A program made the translations under genes and the position numbers. DNA of 64,000 bases, taken from assembly GCA_034665145.1 (NCBI GenBank), contig JAXDGI010000007.1:20356-84355 (forward strand), written 5' to 3'. Under the pieces are notes generated by a model, which searched no databases, was not told the DNA's origin, and worked only from the letters and a program-made list of their open reading frames with translations. Positions within the stretch are counted from its first letter, which is position 1. Every line of letters starts with the position of its first letter. Positions 33,421 through 45,860 of the stretch are shown one piece after another. Source of the DNA: Solirubrobacteraceae bacterium (GTDB taxonomy: Bacteria > Actinomycetota > Thermoleophilia > Solirubrobacterales > Solirubrobacteraceae).

Positions 33421-33484
33421 CCCGGCGTCCGCGGTCAGCGGCGGCTGCCGGCCCCACCAACGCACACCTCGTGACCGCGGGCGG

Positions 33485-33550
33485 ACCCCAGACCCCGGAC
33501 CCCAGACCCCAGACCCCAAACACCAGACCCCAGAGGCCTGACCCCAGAGC
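33485..33550. repeat. Degenerate heptamer (ACCCCAG) tandem repeat
   Basis: accccag accccgg accccag accccag accccaa ... accccag. Confidence 0.8.
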
Positions 33551-33626
33551 CTGGCGCCGCCGGAAACTCCCTCCGGGAACGGCCGGACGGTCTGGTCGCC
33601 TCGGGACGACCCGACCGCAGCCGAGC

Positions 33627-34142
33627 TCAGCTGCCGCCGGCGTGTGTGGCCATCAGGAAAACGGTGATGACCACGATGATCTGGATCAGCGTGCCGCCGA
33701 TCGTCAACAGCCGCTGGCCGCGCGTGTACTCGTCACTCCACTGGGCGGAAACCCGCTGGCCGCCCGCGGCCACGCCGGTCGCGGCCAGATCCCGTTCGGC
33801 CAGGTCGGCCAACCGTCCCGAGCGACGAGTGATCAGAGCGCCCTCGATGGCACCGATGACGAGCGCCGCCACGATGCCCCACTGCACGTAGAACGACTTC
33901 CATTGGTGCTTGTCGCTGGCCAGGTAAATGCCGGCCAGAACAAGAATGAGAAGCCCGGGGTTGACCAGATAGCGGCCGATGCGCTGACGTGCGCGCAGCA
34001 GCCATGGCACGACGCTCGGATCCAGTCGCGCGGCGCTGGCCAGCAGCACCGGGAAGGCGAACACGACGCCGAACCCGACCACGACGGCCAGGATATGGAT
34101 GGCCAGGATGAAATCCGAGAAGGCGACGGCGGAGATCAGCAT
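33627..34142 (-). CDS. Membrane protein, DUF2269-like
   Basis: About four hydrophobic segments; AIHILAVVVGFG, LVLAGIYL, terminal VFLMATH. Confidence 0.65.
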   Translation of the reverse strand: MLISAVAFSDFILAIHILAVVVGFGVVFAFPVLLASAARLDPSVVPWLLRARQRIGRYLVNPGLLILVLAGIYLASDKHQWKSFYVQWGIVAALVIGAIEGALITRRSGRLADLAERDLAATGVAAGGQRVSAQWSDEYTRGQRLLTIGGTLIQIIVVITVFLMATHAGGS

Positions 34143-34151
34143 CGAGAGCGT

Positions 34152-35771
<1,620 letters not shown>

Positions 35772-35824
35772 GAACTGGCACCTTACCGAGCGACGGCGGG
35801 CGCCCCCACTAACGTTCAGCAGAC

Positions 35825-36454
35825 ATGCAGGTCAGGGTTCGTCTGTTCGCCGCGCTGCGCGAACGCGCCGGAGCCGGGGAGTTGGAGCTCGAGCTTCCCC
35901 ACGGCGCGCTGGTCCGTGACGCGCTGCGCCAGGTGAGCGCGCTGACCCAGGGGGTTCCGGTGGTCATGGCGGTCAACCACGAGTACGCCGGCGAGGACCG
36001 GGTGCTCGCGCCCGGGGACGAGCTGGCCCTGATCCCGCCCGTTTCCGGCGGCGCGGTGGGCGTCATCCACGTGCGGATCACTGAACAGGCGTTGCGGCTT
36101 GACCCGCTGCTTGACCGGGTGCGTGATTCCCGGGCCGGCGCGGTGGTCACGTTTCTCGGAGTGACCCGTGAGGTGGCGGCGCTCGAATACGAGGCCTACA
36201 CCGAGATGGCCTCAGCCAAGCTGAGCGAGATCGTCGCCGCCGCCGTCGAGCGCCACGGGCTCTGCGCCGCCGCCGTCGAACACCGGATCGGGACCGTGGC
36301 ACTGTCCGAGCCCTCGGTGGCCATTGCCGTGTCCGCCCCGCACCGCGCCCAGGCCTTTGCCGGCGGTCGGGAGATCATCGATGAGATCAAGGTTCAGGTC
36401 CCGATCTGGAAGAAGGAGGAGGGCGAGTGGGTGGACGGCGTGAGTCCGAGCTGA
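35825..36454 (+). CDS. moaX: Fused molybdopterin synthase MoaD-MoaE (MoaX-like)
   Basis: VRLFAALRE...ALIPPVSGG (MoaD) followed by GAVVTFLG, LEYEAY, HRIG, VPIWKKE (MoaE). Confidence 0.9.
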   Translation: MQVRVRLFAALRERAGAGELELELPHGALVRDALRQVSALTQGVPVVMAVNHEYAGEDRVLAPGDELALIPPVSGGAVGVIHVRITEQALRLDPLLDRVRDSRAGAVVTFLGVTREVAALEYEAYTEMASAKLSEIVAAAVERHGLCAAAVEHRIGTVALSEPSVAIAVSAPHRAQAFAGGREIIDEIKVQVPIWKKEEGEWVDGVSPS

Positions 36455-37809
36455 GGGGCCTGCCGGCTGTCCATGAGCTCGCCGACCAGCTGGATGCGCC
36501 CCACGTCCTAGCCGTGGCGGCGGCGCGCCGTGCGATCGCCGAGCGGCGCTGTGCGCTCTTGGCCGACGCGGAGGCAGGTCACGGCCAGGCCGAGGCGGAG
36601 ACGGGGGACAAACTGGCCGACCGGGCGCGAACCCTGTTGACCGCGCTGGCGTCGCCCTCCCTGCAGCGGGTCATCAACGCCACTGGCGTGCTCATGCACA
36701 CCAATTTGGGTCGCGCGCCACTCAGCGACAGCGCCCAGGCGGCGGTGGCGCGCGTGGCCAGTGGCTACAGCAATCTCGAGTTCGATCTCGAGGCCGGCGA
36801 GCGGGGGTCCCGGCACGACCACGTCGACGGCCTCTTGCGCGAGCTGACCGGGGCCGAGGCGGCGATGGTGGTCAACAACGGCGCCGGCGCCGTGCTGCTG
36901 GCCGCAGCCGCGCTGGCTGGCCCAGGCATGGCGATCGTCATTTCCCGCGGCCAGCAGGTCGAGATCGGCGGCGGTTTCCGCATCCCCGACGTGATCGCCC
37001 AATCCCGCTCGGAGATGCTTGAGGTCGGCACCACCAACCGCACCCATCGGCGCGATTACGAGCGCGCCCTGCGCGATCCGCCGATTCCCGTCGGCGCCAT
37101 CCTGCGCGTGCACCAATCCAACTTCCGCACCCTCGGCTATGTCCACGATGTCACGATCGAGGCGCTGTGCGAGTTGGACGCACCCGTCATCGACGACATC
37201 GGCTCCGGCGCTCTGGCCGGCGCAGACCGGATCCCGGCCCTCGCCGATGAGCCTGATCTGGGGCGCTCGGTGCGGGCCGGAGCGGCGCTGGTCACCTGCT
37301 CGGGCGACAAGCTGCTCGGTGGCCCCCAGGCCGGCCTCCTGGTCGGGAGCAGCACCGCGGTGGCCGCCGCGCGCCAGCACCCGCTGGCCCGGGCGCTGCG
37401 CATCGACAAGCTCTCGCTGGCCGCGCTCGAGGCCACGCTGATGCTGTACCGCGACCCGGATCGAGCGATACGCGAGATTCCCGCCCTACGGATGCTCGCC
37501 ACCGAGGAGGCGGTCCTGGCACAGCGCGCACGGCGGCTGTGCGAGGGCATCGGCCCGCCCGCCGAACTGGTGCGCACCGTTTCACGCCCGGGTGGCGGAG
37601 CGCTGGCCCTCACCGAGCTCGAGGGCCCGGCGGTCACGCTGGGGAGCGACCTCGATCCGGTCCGTGTGGCCTCGGTCCTGCATCAGGCCCATCCCCCGGT
37701 GATCGCCCGCATCCACGACGGGCGGCTTCTCTTTGACCCCCGCACGCTCACTGACGCCGACGTCGAGCCGGTGGTGCAAGCCGTGCGGGCCGCCCTGCCC
37801 GCGCTATGA
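36427..37809 (+). CDS. selA: L-seryl-tRNA(Sec) selenium transferase
   Basis: VINATGVLMHTNLGRAP, YSNLEFDL, VEIGGGFRIPD, EVGTTNRT, SGDKLLGGPQAG (PLP lysine), RALRIDK. Confidence 0.95.
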   Translation: MGGRRESELRGLPAVHELADQLDAPHVLAVAAARRAIAERRCALLADAEAGHGQAEAETGDKLADRARTLLTALASPSLQRVINATGVLMHTNLGRAPLSDSAQAAVARVASGYSNLEFDLEAGERGSRHDHVDGLLRELTGAEAAMVVNNGAGAVLLAAAALAGPGMAIVISRGQQVEIGGGFRIPDVIAQSRSEMLEVGTTNRTHRRDYERALRDPPIPVGAILRVHQSNFRTLGYVHDVTIEALCELDAPVIDDIGSGALAGADRIPALADEPDLGRSVRAGAALVTCSGDKLLGGPQAGLLVGSSTAVAAARQHPLARALRIDKLSLAALEATLMLYRDPDRAIREIPALRMLATEEAVLAQRARRLCEGIGPPAELVRTVSRPGGGALALTELEGPAVTLGSDLDPVRVASVLHQAHPPVIARIHDGRLLFDPRTLTDADVEPVVQAVRAALPAL

Positions 37810-39311
37810 GCGGGGGCCCGCTCACGCTCGGCACCGCCGGCCACATCGATCACGGGAAAACCGCCCTGATCCAGGCGCTGACCGGCATCGATTCTGACCG
37901 CCTGCCGGAGGAGCAGGCCCGGGGAGTATCGATCGAGCTCGGCTACGCCAACCTCGAGCTCCCCTCGGGACGGCGGCTTTCCATCGTCGATGTGCCCGGC
38001 CATGAGCGCTACGTGCGGACGATGGTGGCCGGTGCGACCGGGATCGACCTCTACCTGATGGCCATCGCCGCCGACGACGGTGTCATGCCCCAGACGCGTG
38101 AGCACGCGGCCGTGCTGCGCGCACTCGGCATCGATCACGGCGTGGTCGCGGTGACCAAGAGCGACCTGGCTGATCCCGAGCCGGCATCGCTGGAGGCGGC
38201 CGAGCTCCTACCCGGCGCCGAGCTGGTGGCGGTCTCGGCGCGCCACGGCAACGGTCTGGACGCGCTGCTCGCCGCCCTCGACCGGGTGGCGGCGGGACTA
38301 CCCGGTCGCAGTGCGGCTCCCGGGGAAACCCGGCTACACGTCGACCGCGTGTTCTCGGTGCGGGGGGCGGGCACGGTCGTCACCGGCACCCTGTGGTCGG
38401 GCCAGATCGCCCGCAGTGACCGGCTCCGTCTCGTGCCCGCTGGGCTGCGCGCGCGGGCCCGGGAGGTGCAGGTCCACGACCACGCGGTCGACCGGGCCGC
38501 CGCCGGCCAACGAGTCGCGGTCAATCTCGCCGGCCTGGGCCACGACGAGGTGAGACGGGGGGATCTGCTGACCCAGGAGGGAACGCAACTGGAGGAGACA
38601 TTCCTCATCGACGCCGAGCTGAGCTTTGCCTCGAGACGCAGCGAACCCGACACCGGCGCCCGCGTGCACGTCCATCACGGTACCCGGGAGACGCCGGCTC
38701 GTCTGGCCTGGTTGGGCGGCGCGTTCTGGCAGCTGCGACTCGAGCGGCCCCTCATCGCCGTTGAGGGCGACCGGCTCGTGGTGCGTCAGATTGCCCCGCC
38801 GGACACGCTTGGTGGCGGACGGGTGCTCGACGCCCACCCGCGCCGGCACGGCCCCGGCCGCGAGCTTCTCGCCCGCCTGACCCGGCTGGCCCGCGGCGAG
38901 CCCGATCCGGTGCGGGAGACGATCGCGCCCACCCCCGAGCCAGCCCCAACGCCGCTGACCCTGTCGGCCTCGGCACTGGCCCTCGAGGCTCGCCTGCGCG
39001 AGGCTGGCTTCGAGCCTCCACCGGACGGCGAGCTCGACCGCGACGACCTCGCGGCCCTGCGCCGGGCTGGGCGCGCGGTGCGGATCTCGCGCACGCTTCA
39101 CTTCCACGCCGATGCCGCGGCGGAGGTCCGCCGCCGGGTGCTCGCGCTGGCGGCTGAGCATGGCGGCGCGGTCACGCTGGCCCAGCTGCGCGATGCGCTG
39201 GGCACGTCACGCAAGTTCGCCCAGGCGGTACTCGAGCACCTGGATGGGGAACGGGTGACGATCCGACGCGGCGATGAGCACGTGGTCCGCCGCCAGCACC
39301 GCGAGGCGTGA
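37806..39311 (+). CDS. selB: Selenocysteine-specific elongation factor
   Basis: GTAGHIDHGKT, DVPGHE, PQTREH, TKSD, C-terminal LGTSRKFAQAVLEHLD; start overlaps the selA stop. Confidence 0.95.
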   Translation: MSGGPLTLGTAGHIDHGKTALIQALTGIDSDRLPEEQARGVSIELGYANLELPSGRRLSIVDVPGHERYVRTMVAGATGIDLYLMAIAADDGVMPQTREHAAVLRALGIDHGVVAVTKSDLADPEPASLEAAELLPGAELVAVSARHGNGLDALLAALDRVAAGLPGRSAAPGETRLHVDRVFSVRGAGTVVTGTLWSGQIARSDRLRLVPAGLRARAREVQVHDHAVDRAAAGQRVAVNLAGLGHDEVRRGDLLTQEGTQLEETFLIDAELSFASRRSEPDTGARVHVHHGTRETPARLAWLGGAFWQLRLERPLIAVEGDRLVVRQIAPPDTLGGGRVLDAHPRRHGPGRELLARLTRLARGEPDPVRETIAPTPEPAPTPLTLSASALALEARLREAGFEPPPDGELDRDDLAALRRAGRAVRISRTLHFHADAAAEVRRRVLALAAEHGGAVTLAQLRDALGTSRKFAQAVLEHLDGERVTIRRGDEHVVRRQHREA

Positions 39312-39332
39312 ACGGTGTGCGATCCTGGCACC

Positions 39333-39722
39333 GTGGAGCCGCGGATCAGCCTGGTCACGCTCGGGGTACGCGACCTGGCCCGCCAGAGGGCCTTCTACGA
39401 GGCACTGGGATTCTCAGGCGCCCACCAACCCGACGACGAGGTCTGCTTCTTTCAGGCCGGCGGCCTGGTCTTTGGCCTGTGGACTCAGGTCGGCGGCCAC
39501 GGCGCGCCTGGGATCGAGCTCGCCCACAACGTCCGCGGCCCGGAGGAGGTCGAGGCCGTCCTGAGCGAGGCCGAACGGGCCGGCGGGACGATCGTGCGGC
39601 CCGCGGCGCAGATGGAGTGGGGCGGTATCTCGGGCGCGTTCGCCGATCCGGAGGGTTACGTGTGGGAGGTCGCCCACAATCCCGATTGGACGCTCGGCTC
39701 AGACGGCTCGGTCCGGATCTAG
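39333..39722 (+). CDS. VOC/glyoxalase family protein
   Basis: PRISLVTLGVRDL...FYEALG...WGGISGAFADPEGYVWEVAHNP. Confidence 0.9.
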   Translation: MEPRISLVTLGVRDLARQRAFYEALGFSGAHQPDDEVCFFQAGGLVFGLWTQVGGHGAPGIELAHNVRGPEEVEAVLSEAERAGGTIVRPAAQMEWGGISGAFADPEGYVWEVAHNPDWTLGSDGSVRI

Positions 39723-39737
39723 ATAGATTTCAGCGCC

Positions 39738-40685
39738 GTGGCCACGTGTCTCGTCACCGGCGGTGCCGGTTTTCTCGGCTCTCACCTCTGCGATCGGCTG
39801 CTTGCTCGCGGCGACCGGGTGATCTGCATCGACAACCTGGAGACGGGCAATCTCAACAACATCGCTCACATCCGGTCGGAGAAGTTCGACCATCGCAACA
39901 TCGACATCATCGAGCCCTACTTCATCGATGAGCCGGTCGATTTCGTCTTTCATCTCGCCTCCCCGGCCTCCCCCATCGATTACCTGCGCCTGCCGCTGCA
40001 CACCCTGAAGGTCGGCTCGTACGGGACGCACCACACGCTCGGGGTGGCCAAGCGGCATCGGGCTCGGTTTTTGACCGCCTCGACGAGCGAGGTCTACGGC
40101 GATCCCAAGGTGCATCCGCAGCCCGAGACTTATTGGGGTCATGTGAACCCGATCGGCCCGCGCGGGGTCTACGACGAGGCCAAGCGCTACGCCGAGGCGC
40201 TGACCATGGCCTATCACCGCCAGCAGGGCGTGGATACGGCCATCATCCGCATCTTCAACACCTACGGGCCGCGGATGCGTCCCCACGACGGGCGGGCGAT
40301 TCCGACGTTCCTGCGTCAGGCGCTCCAGGACCGGCCGATCACGGTGTTCGGCGACGGTTCCCAGACCCGCTCCTTCTGTTATGTCGATGACCTGATCCGG
40401 GGGATGATCGCCCTGGCCGAGTCGGGCTATCACGAGCCGGTGAACATCGGCAACCCCAACGAGTTCACGCTTCTCGAACTGGCCGAGGAGGTCATCAGGG
40501 CCACCGGCTCGAACTCCGAGATCGTCTATGAGGCGCTGCCCACCGATGATCCCCAGGTGCGTCAGCCCGACATCACCCTCGCGCAGGAGGTTCTCGGCTG
40601 GGAGCCGGAGATCATGCTCGCCCAGGGTCTGCGCCAGACGATCGAGCATTCCGGTCGTGAGGCGCTGGTCGGCGCCGCCCGCTGA
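39738..40685 (+). CDS. UDP-glucuronate decarboxylase-like NAD-dependent epimerase/dehydratase
   Basis: [51 protein letters not shown]. Confidence 0.92.
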   Translation: MATCLVTGGAGFLGSHLCDRLLARGDRVICIDNLETGNLNNIAHIRSEKFDHRNIDIIEPYFIDEPVDFVFHLASPASPIDYLRLPLHTLKVGSYGTHHTLGVAKRHRARFLTASTSEVYGDPKVHPQPETYWGHVNPIGPRGVYDEAKRYAEALTMAYHRQQGVDTAIIRIFNTYGPRMRPHDGRAIPTFLRQALQDRPITVFGDGSQTRSFCYVDDLIRGMIALAESGYHEPVNIGNPNEFTLLELAEEVIRATGSNSEIVYEALPTDDPQVRQPDITLAQEVLGWEPEIMLAQGLRQTIEHSGREALVGAAR

Positions 40686-40774
40686 CGTATTAGCCGGCTC
40701 ACAACTCCGTAACTCTGGGGCCCAGCTACCGTTATCTGCGGGTGGGGAGTAGCAGATCGGCCCCTGACCGCTCG

Positions 40775-42292
40775 ATGATCGACCACGACGAGGCCATCCA
40801 ACAGCGTGTGAGCCGTGCCTACGGTGGCGGCGGCCTGCGTCTGTCCGAGGCCGATATGCGACGGCGCACCCCGCCGCTCTTCATGTTCCTGCTGCGCCGG
40901 GAGACGCTCCGTCGCGTCAGCCGGGTGACGGCCCTGCTCGCCCTGGACTTCATCGGCGTCACCGGCGCGCTCTATACGGCCATCCTCATCAAGCTTGCCC
41001 TGCGCGGTCACTTCGACCTGGGCGGGGCCTGGCAGTACATCCGCCCCGCGCTCACCTTCGCCTACATGGTCACCGTGCTCCTGTTCGCCCGGCAGGACCT
41101 GTACGCCGAGCGGGCGCGCCGCGCGGGGCTACCCAAGATCGCCACCGCTCTGTTCCAAGCCACGGTGATCTCGCTCGTGTTCGCGCTGGCCAACGGCGAG
41201 CACTTCTCGAGCTACTACGTGTTCTACGGCTCGCTGTTCTTCGGCATCGCCTATATCAGCGGGTTGCGCCTGCTGTACACCCGCGTGACCGGGCGACTGC
41301 TGGAGCGCGCGGGCTACCGGCGGCGGTCGCTCCTGGTCGGTTCGGGGCGGCACCTGGACACGGTCGCTCACGCCCTGGCTGAGAACTCCGAGCGCCCGAT
41401 CGAGCTGGTCGGGTTCATCTCGCTCACCCCACGCTCAGACAACGGACTGCGCTCCCTGGGCCAGCTCGAGGATCTGCCCGAGATCCTCACCGCCGAGCGG
41501 GTTGAGGAGGTCGTGATCGCCGATCCGGACTTCCCCCACGACCAGGCGCTGGACCTGGTCGAGCGATGTCACCTGCGGGGGATTACGGTGAGCGTGGCTC
41601 CGTCGACGATGGAGATCCTGTTTGACCGGGCCGAGTTCGTGCCCGGCGAGACGATCCCTCTGTTCACCCTCCGGCCGCCGGTGTTCGAGGGACTGCCGTT
41701 CGCGGCCAAACGCAGCTTTGACCTGATCGTCTCGAGTCTGCTGTTGCTCGTGCTTTCACCGGTGCTGGTGGCCATCGCCCTGGCGGTGCGCCTGAGCTCT
41801 CACGGCCCGGTCATCTACCGCTCGATCCGCCCAGGCATGGCCGGCCGCCCGTTTCACTGCTTCAAGTTTCGCACCATGCGCGCCGGTGCCGACCAGAGCC
41901 AGGCCGATCTCGAGGATCTCAACGAATCGAGTGGCGCCCTGTTCAAGATCCGCGAGGATCCTCGGCTGACTCCGATCGGCCGGGTCCTGCGCCGCTTCTC
42001 GCTCGATGAGCTGCCCCAGCTGGTCAACGTGCTTCGCAGCGAGATGTCCCTGGTCGGGCCCCGCCCCCTGCCCATGCGCGATTTTGAACGCCTGGAGGAG
42101 TGGCACAAGAAGCGCTACCTCGTGCTGCCCGGCATCACCGGGTTGTGGCAGGTCTCGGGCCGCTCAGAGCTCGACTTCGATGATCTCGTCCGCCTGGACT
42201 TCCTCTACCTCGAGCGTTGGTCGGTGTTCCTCGACATGGCCATCCTGCTCAAGACGATCCCCGCCGTGCTGAGCCGGCGGGGTGCCTTCTAG
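40775..42292 (+). CDS. Polyprenyl-phosphate sugar phosphotransferase (WcaJ/CpsE family)
   Basis: N-terminal TM segments; KRSFD, FKFRTM, DPRLTPIGRVLRRFSLDELPQL, MSLVGPRP, PGITGLWQV; start uncertain. Confidence 0.92.
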   Translation: MIDHDEAIQQRVSRAYGGGGLRLSEADMRRRTPPLFMFLLRRETLRRVSRVTALLALDFIGVTGALYTAILIKLALRGHFDLGGAWQYIRPALTFAYMVTVLLFARQDLYAERARRAGLPKIATALFQATVISLVFALANGEHFSSYYVFYGSLFFGIAYISGLRLLYTRVTGRLLERAGYRRRSLLVGSGRHLDTVAHALAENSERPIELVGFISLTPRSDNGLRSLGQLEDLPEILTAERVEEVVIADPDFPHDQALDLVERCHLRGITVSVAPSTMEILFDRAEFVPGETIPLFTLRPPVFEGLPFAAKRSFDLIVSSLLLLVLSPVLVAIALAVRLSSHGPVIYRSIRPGMAGRPFHCFKFRTMRAGADQSQADLEDLNESSGALFKIREDPRLTPIGRVLRRFSLDELPQLVNVLRSEMSLVGPRPLPMRDFERLEEWHKKRYLVLPGITGLWQVSGRSELDFDDLVRLDFLYLERWSVFLDMAILLKTIPAVLSRRGAF

Positions 42293-42538
42293 CCGCGCGC
42301 GCCCCGCGGTGGGTGGGCGGCTCGGGCCGGGGCGTGGCGCCCGGGGCATGGCGCGCGAGCGCGCGAGCGGCCGACCGTGGCGAGCGAGCAAGCGGCCGAG
42401 CGAGCGAGCGGCCGAGCGAGCGGCACATTTTGACCTCGCCGGCCTTTTTGCGGCGGGGTGGTTGCGATCGTGGGCCAAGACGGCCAGCTTCGTGACTCAC
42501 CCCCTGCCACGGCGCCTCGCGGGGTCGATATGTGCCGC

Positions 42539-42620
42539 GGGGACGCGGGGCCGCCGGGACGCGGGGCCGCCCGGACGCCGGGCCGCCCGGACGCCGGGCC
42601 CCGGGGCCGCCGGGCCGCGG
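42539..42620. repeat. 16-bp GC-rich tandem repeat, about 4 copies
   Basis: GGACGC(G/C)GGGCCGCC(G/C) units at 42541, 42557, 42573 and 42589. Confidence 0.85.
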
Positions 42621-42984
42621 GACACACGGGGGACCGACGACAGACCCACGTGAGCGCAGCCGACGAACTAGGGCGCCCCGGCGAACCGGGCAACGGGCAA
42701 TGGGCGGCCGAGGTTGGCCGGCGCGTCGGCTCCTGGCCGGGGGGTGCGGCGCGGGCGGTCCACGCCGAGGGCGACCCACGCGGTGCGGAAACTCGCCGCC
42801 CGTCAACACCTCGCGCTGAGAGCAATCGTTTGCACCAAGCGGCATGACGGAGGCTAGAACCGCACAGCACACAGGTGAGGCGCGGTGGCACCTGCGGATG
42901 CTTCATGTGGGCCGCGCGCCGTGTCGACACCGAGGGCGCGTGAGCCCGCGCGACCGGCGCAAACTCCGTACCCTCCCGCCCACG

Positions 42985-43656
42985 ATGCCGCCCACCGACC
43001 GCTTTGTCATCAGCTTTGCCGCCGAGCCGCCCCAGGAGGCGCTGCCCTACGGGCGCTGGGCGGAGACCCTGCGTGGCTACTTCCTGGCCGCCGCCCGGGA
43101 GATTGATTCCGATGGCGAGGACCTGGGCGAGCCCGGGCAGATCGCCTGGTTCCCGGACCGGACCTACGGGGGGCGGACCTATGTCCCGGCCGTGGCCCGC
43201 ACGTCGACCGGGTTTGAGCTGTTCGGGTTCGTGGCCTTCAGCGAAGGTTCGGGCGGCCCGAGCGAGTTCGAGGCCCGGGCCGACTTCACCGGTGAGGTGG
43301 CCGAGCAGAACCCGGATTGGAAGCTCGACCTCAATGACGACGTGGTCGCCACCTGGCGGGGTGACGCAGGCAAGACGGCCGACATGACGCTGGTGTGGGG
43401 GACGCCGCTGTTGCCCGGCGGGGCACTGGTGACCGGCGAGCTGGCCAACCTGGCCGTCGATCAGTGCGAGCTCATCGAGGAGCGCTTCACCCTGCTGGCG
43501 CCCGACAACTACCGCTCAGACTATCTCGAGGTCAAGCTGTGGGACCGGCGGGGCGAGCAGCTCGCCTCCGAGTCGCTCTACGTCGACGACGAGGACGAGG
43601 AGGCCGAGGAGGCCTCCCCCGACGCCCCCGCCGGCGACGACGCCGCCGCGGGCTGA
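42985..43656 (+). CDS. Hypothetical acidic protein
   Basis: Globular-looking [21 protein letters not shown]...LASESLY with an acidic tail. Confidence 0.7.
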   Translation: MPPTDRFVISFAAEPPQEALPYGRWAETLRGYFLAAAREIDSDGEDLGEPGQIAWFPDRTYGGRTYVPAVARTSTGFELFGFVAFSEGSGGPSEFEARADFTGEVAEQNPDWKLDLNDDVVATWRGDAGKTADMTLVWGTPLLPGGALVTGELANLAVDQCELIEERFTLLAPDNYRSDYLEVKLWDRRGEQLASESLYVDDEDEEAEEASPDAPAGDDAAAG

Positions 43657-44690
43657 CGGCCGTCGCGGGTCAGCGCGGCGGGGAGCTGCAGGCGGATCTC
43701 CTCGTCGGTCAGCGGGTAGTGACAGGCCGCCACGCCGGTGGCGCCCGGCCGCTTGACCTCGAGCAGAGGCTCGTCCTGAGAACAGAGCTCCTGCGCCTTG
43801 GGGCAGCGGGTGTGAAAGCGGCACGCGCTGGGCGGATTGGCCGGGCTGGGCACGTCGCCGCTGAGGAGCTGGCGCTCGCGTTTGCCGCCGCTTGGATCGG
43901 CCACCGGGACCGCTGACAGCAGCGCGCCGGTGTAGGGGTGACGCGGCTCGTGATAGAGCTCATCGCCGGGAGCCATCTCGACGATCTTGCCCAGGTACAT
44001 GACCGCGACCCGGTCACACATGTGGCGCACGACCGAGAGGTCATGGGCGATGAAGATGAGGGTGAGGCCGAGATCGCGTTGCAGCTCGCGCAGCAGATTG
44101 AGGACCTGGGCCTGGATTGATACGTCGAGCGCTGACACCGGCTCGTCGGCGATGAGCAGCTTGGGTTCCAGGGCCACCGCCCGGGCCACGCCAATGCGCT
44201 GGCGCTGACCGCCGGAGAACTCGTGCGGGTAGCGGTTGTAGTGCTCGGGGTTCAGCCCCACGCGGTCCATCAGCTCCTGGACCTTGCGCTTGCGCTCGTC
44301 CTTGCCCGTGTGAAGGTTGTGGATCACGAAGGGGTCGGCGATGATCGAGCCGACCGTTTTACGCGGGTTCAGTGAGGAATACGGGTCCTGAAAGACCATC
44401 TGCATCTGACGGTGCAGCGCCTTGAGGTCGTCCTTCTTTTGCGCGAGCACATCGCGGCCGTCGAAGGTGACACTGCCCGAGGTCGGATCCATCAGCCGGC
44501 ACAGCAGGCGGGCGGTGGTGCTCTTGCCGCAGCCGGTCTCGCCGACGATCCCGAGCGTCTCCCCCTCGGACACATCGAAGGAGATCCCGTCGACGGCTTT
44601 CACCGCGCCGATCTGGCGCTGGATCAGGATGCCCCGCTTGATCGGAAAGTGCTTGACCAGGTCGCGGACCTCGATCAGGGTGCTGCTCAT
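43578..44690 (-). CDS. Peptide ABC transporter ATP-binding protein (OppF/DppF-like)
   Basis: [37 protein letters not shown]. Confidence 0.93.
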   Translation of the reverse strand: MSSTLIEVRDLVKHFPIKRGILIQRQIGAVKAVDGISFDVSEGETLGIVGETGCGKSTTARLLCRLMDPTSGSVTFDGRDVLAQKKDDLKALHRQMQMVFQDPYSSLNPRKTVGSIIADPFVIHNLHTGKDERKRKVQELMDRVGLNPEHYNRYPHEFSGGQRQRIGVARAVALEPKLLIADEPVSALDVSIQAQVLNLLRELQRDLGLTLIFIAHDLSVVRHMCDRVAVMYLGKIVEMAPGDELYHEPRHPYTGALLSAVPVADPSGGKRERQLLSGDVPSPANPPSACRFHTRCPKAQELCSQDEPLLEVKRPGATGVAACHYPLTDEEIRLQLPAALTRDGRQPAAASSPAGASGEASSASSSSSST

Positions 44691-45832
44691 GACGGCTCCT
44701 GCGGGGCGGCGCCCGACGGCGGGGTTGAGCTTGCCGTGGCCGGGGCCGGCGGGGCCCCGCTCGTGCCGCCGGCCTGGCCGTTGCTGGAGGCGGCCAGGCG
44801 CTGCAGCGACTCGAGGTCGCGGCCCTCCCGCAGCCCGCGCCAGATGCGCTGGCGGACCGAGGGCTCGAGCAGACAGGCCGCCGCGTGTGACTGACCCGAG
44901 GCGACCGGCTCGAGACGGGGATCGATCTGCTTATGGGAATCCTGCACGTAGGGGCAACGCGGATGAAAGTGGCAGCCTGACGGGCGGTTGATGAGGCTCG
45001 GCGGGCGTCCCGAGATCGGCACCAGCTCCTCCCCCCGCGGACTGTCCAGGCGCGGAATCGACTTCAGCAGACCCCAGGCGTAGGGATGCTGGGGTTCATT
45101 GAAGATCTCCTGGGCGGTGCCCCGTTCCACGATCCGTCCCGCGTACATCACCGCGATGTCGTCGGCGACCTCGGCCACCACGCCGAGGTCGTGAGTGATG
45201 ATGATGATCGCCGTCCCCAGACGGTTCTGGAGATCATTGAGTAGGGCGAGGATCTGGGCTTGCACCGTGACGTCCAGAGCCGTCGTCGGCTCATCGGCGA
45301 TGAGCAGCTTGGGTTCGTTGGCCAGCGCCATGGCGATCATCACTCGCTGGCGCATGCCGCCGGAGAACTCGTGCGGAAACTGATCGACCCGGCGCTGGGG
45401 ATCCGGGATGCCCACCAGTTGCAGGAGCTCCCCGGCGCGGCTTCGCGCCGCCTTGCGCGAGATCGAACCGTGTGCCTGCATCGCCTCCACCAGCTGCCAG
45501 CCCACCTTGTAGAACGGATGCAACGCGGACAAGGGGTCCTGGAAGATCATGGCCACGTCGTTGCCGCGAATCGTGCGGAGCTTCTCGTCAGACATGGCGA
45601 CCAGGTCCTGGCCGCCGAACATGATCCTCCCGCTGATGTCCGAACCCCGGCTCCGGGTCAGCCCCAGGGTGGTCAGCGAGGAGACCGTCTTGCCCGAGCC
45701 GGACTCGCCCACGATGCCGAGCGTCTTGCCCTCCCCCACGGCGTAGGAGATCCCGTCCACGGCCCGGACGATCCCGTCATCGGTCCGGAAGGAGACGCGC
45801 AGATCCTCGACGTTGAGCAGCGCATCGCTCAC
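44687..45832 (-). CDS. Peptide ABC transporter ATP-binding protein (OppD/DppD-like)
   Basis: [33 protein letters not shown]. Confidence 0.93.
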   Translation of the reverse strand: MSDALLNVEDLRVSFRTDDGIVRAVDGISYAVGEGKTLGIVGESGSGKTVSSLTTLGLTRSRGSDISGRIMFGGQDLVAMSDEKLRTIRGNDVAMIFQDPLSALHPFYKVGWQLVEAMQAHGSISRKAARSRAGELLQLVGIPDPQRRVDQFPHEFSGGMRQRVMIAMALANEPKLLIADEPTTALDVTVQAQILALLNDLQNRLGTAIIIITHDLGVVAEVADDIAVMYAGRIVERGTAQEIFNEPQHPYAWGLLKSIPRLDSPRGEELVPISGRPPSLINRPSGCHFHPRCPYVQDSHKQIDPRLEPVASGQSHAAACLLEPSVRQRIWRGLREGRDLESLQRLAASSNGQAGGTSGAPPAPATASSTPPSGAAPQEPS

Positions 45833-45860
45833 GAGCCCGCACTCCCGATTCGTACCTTCA

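Noticed and set aside
42820-42960. Possible tRNA-Sec (selC) or other known ncRNA
   Set aside because: No UCA anticodon arm, T-loop or long acceptor stem could be folded.
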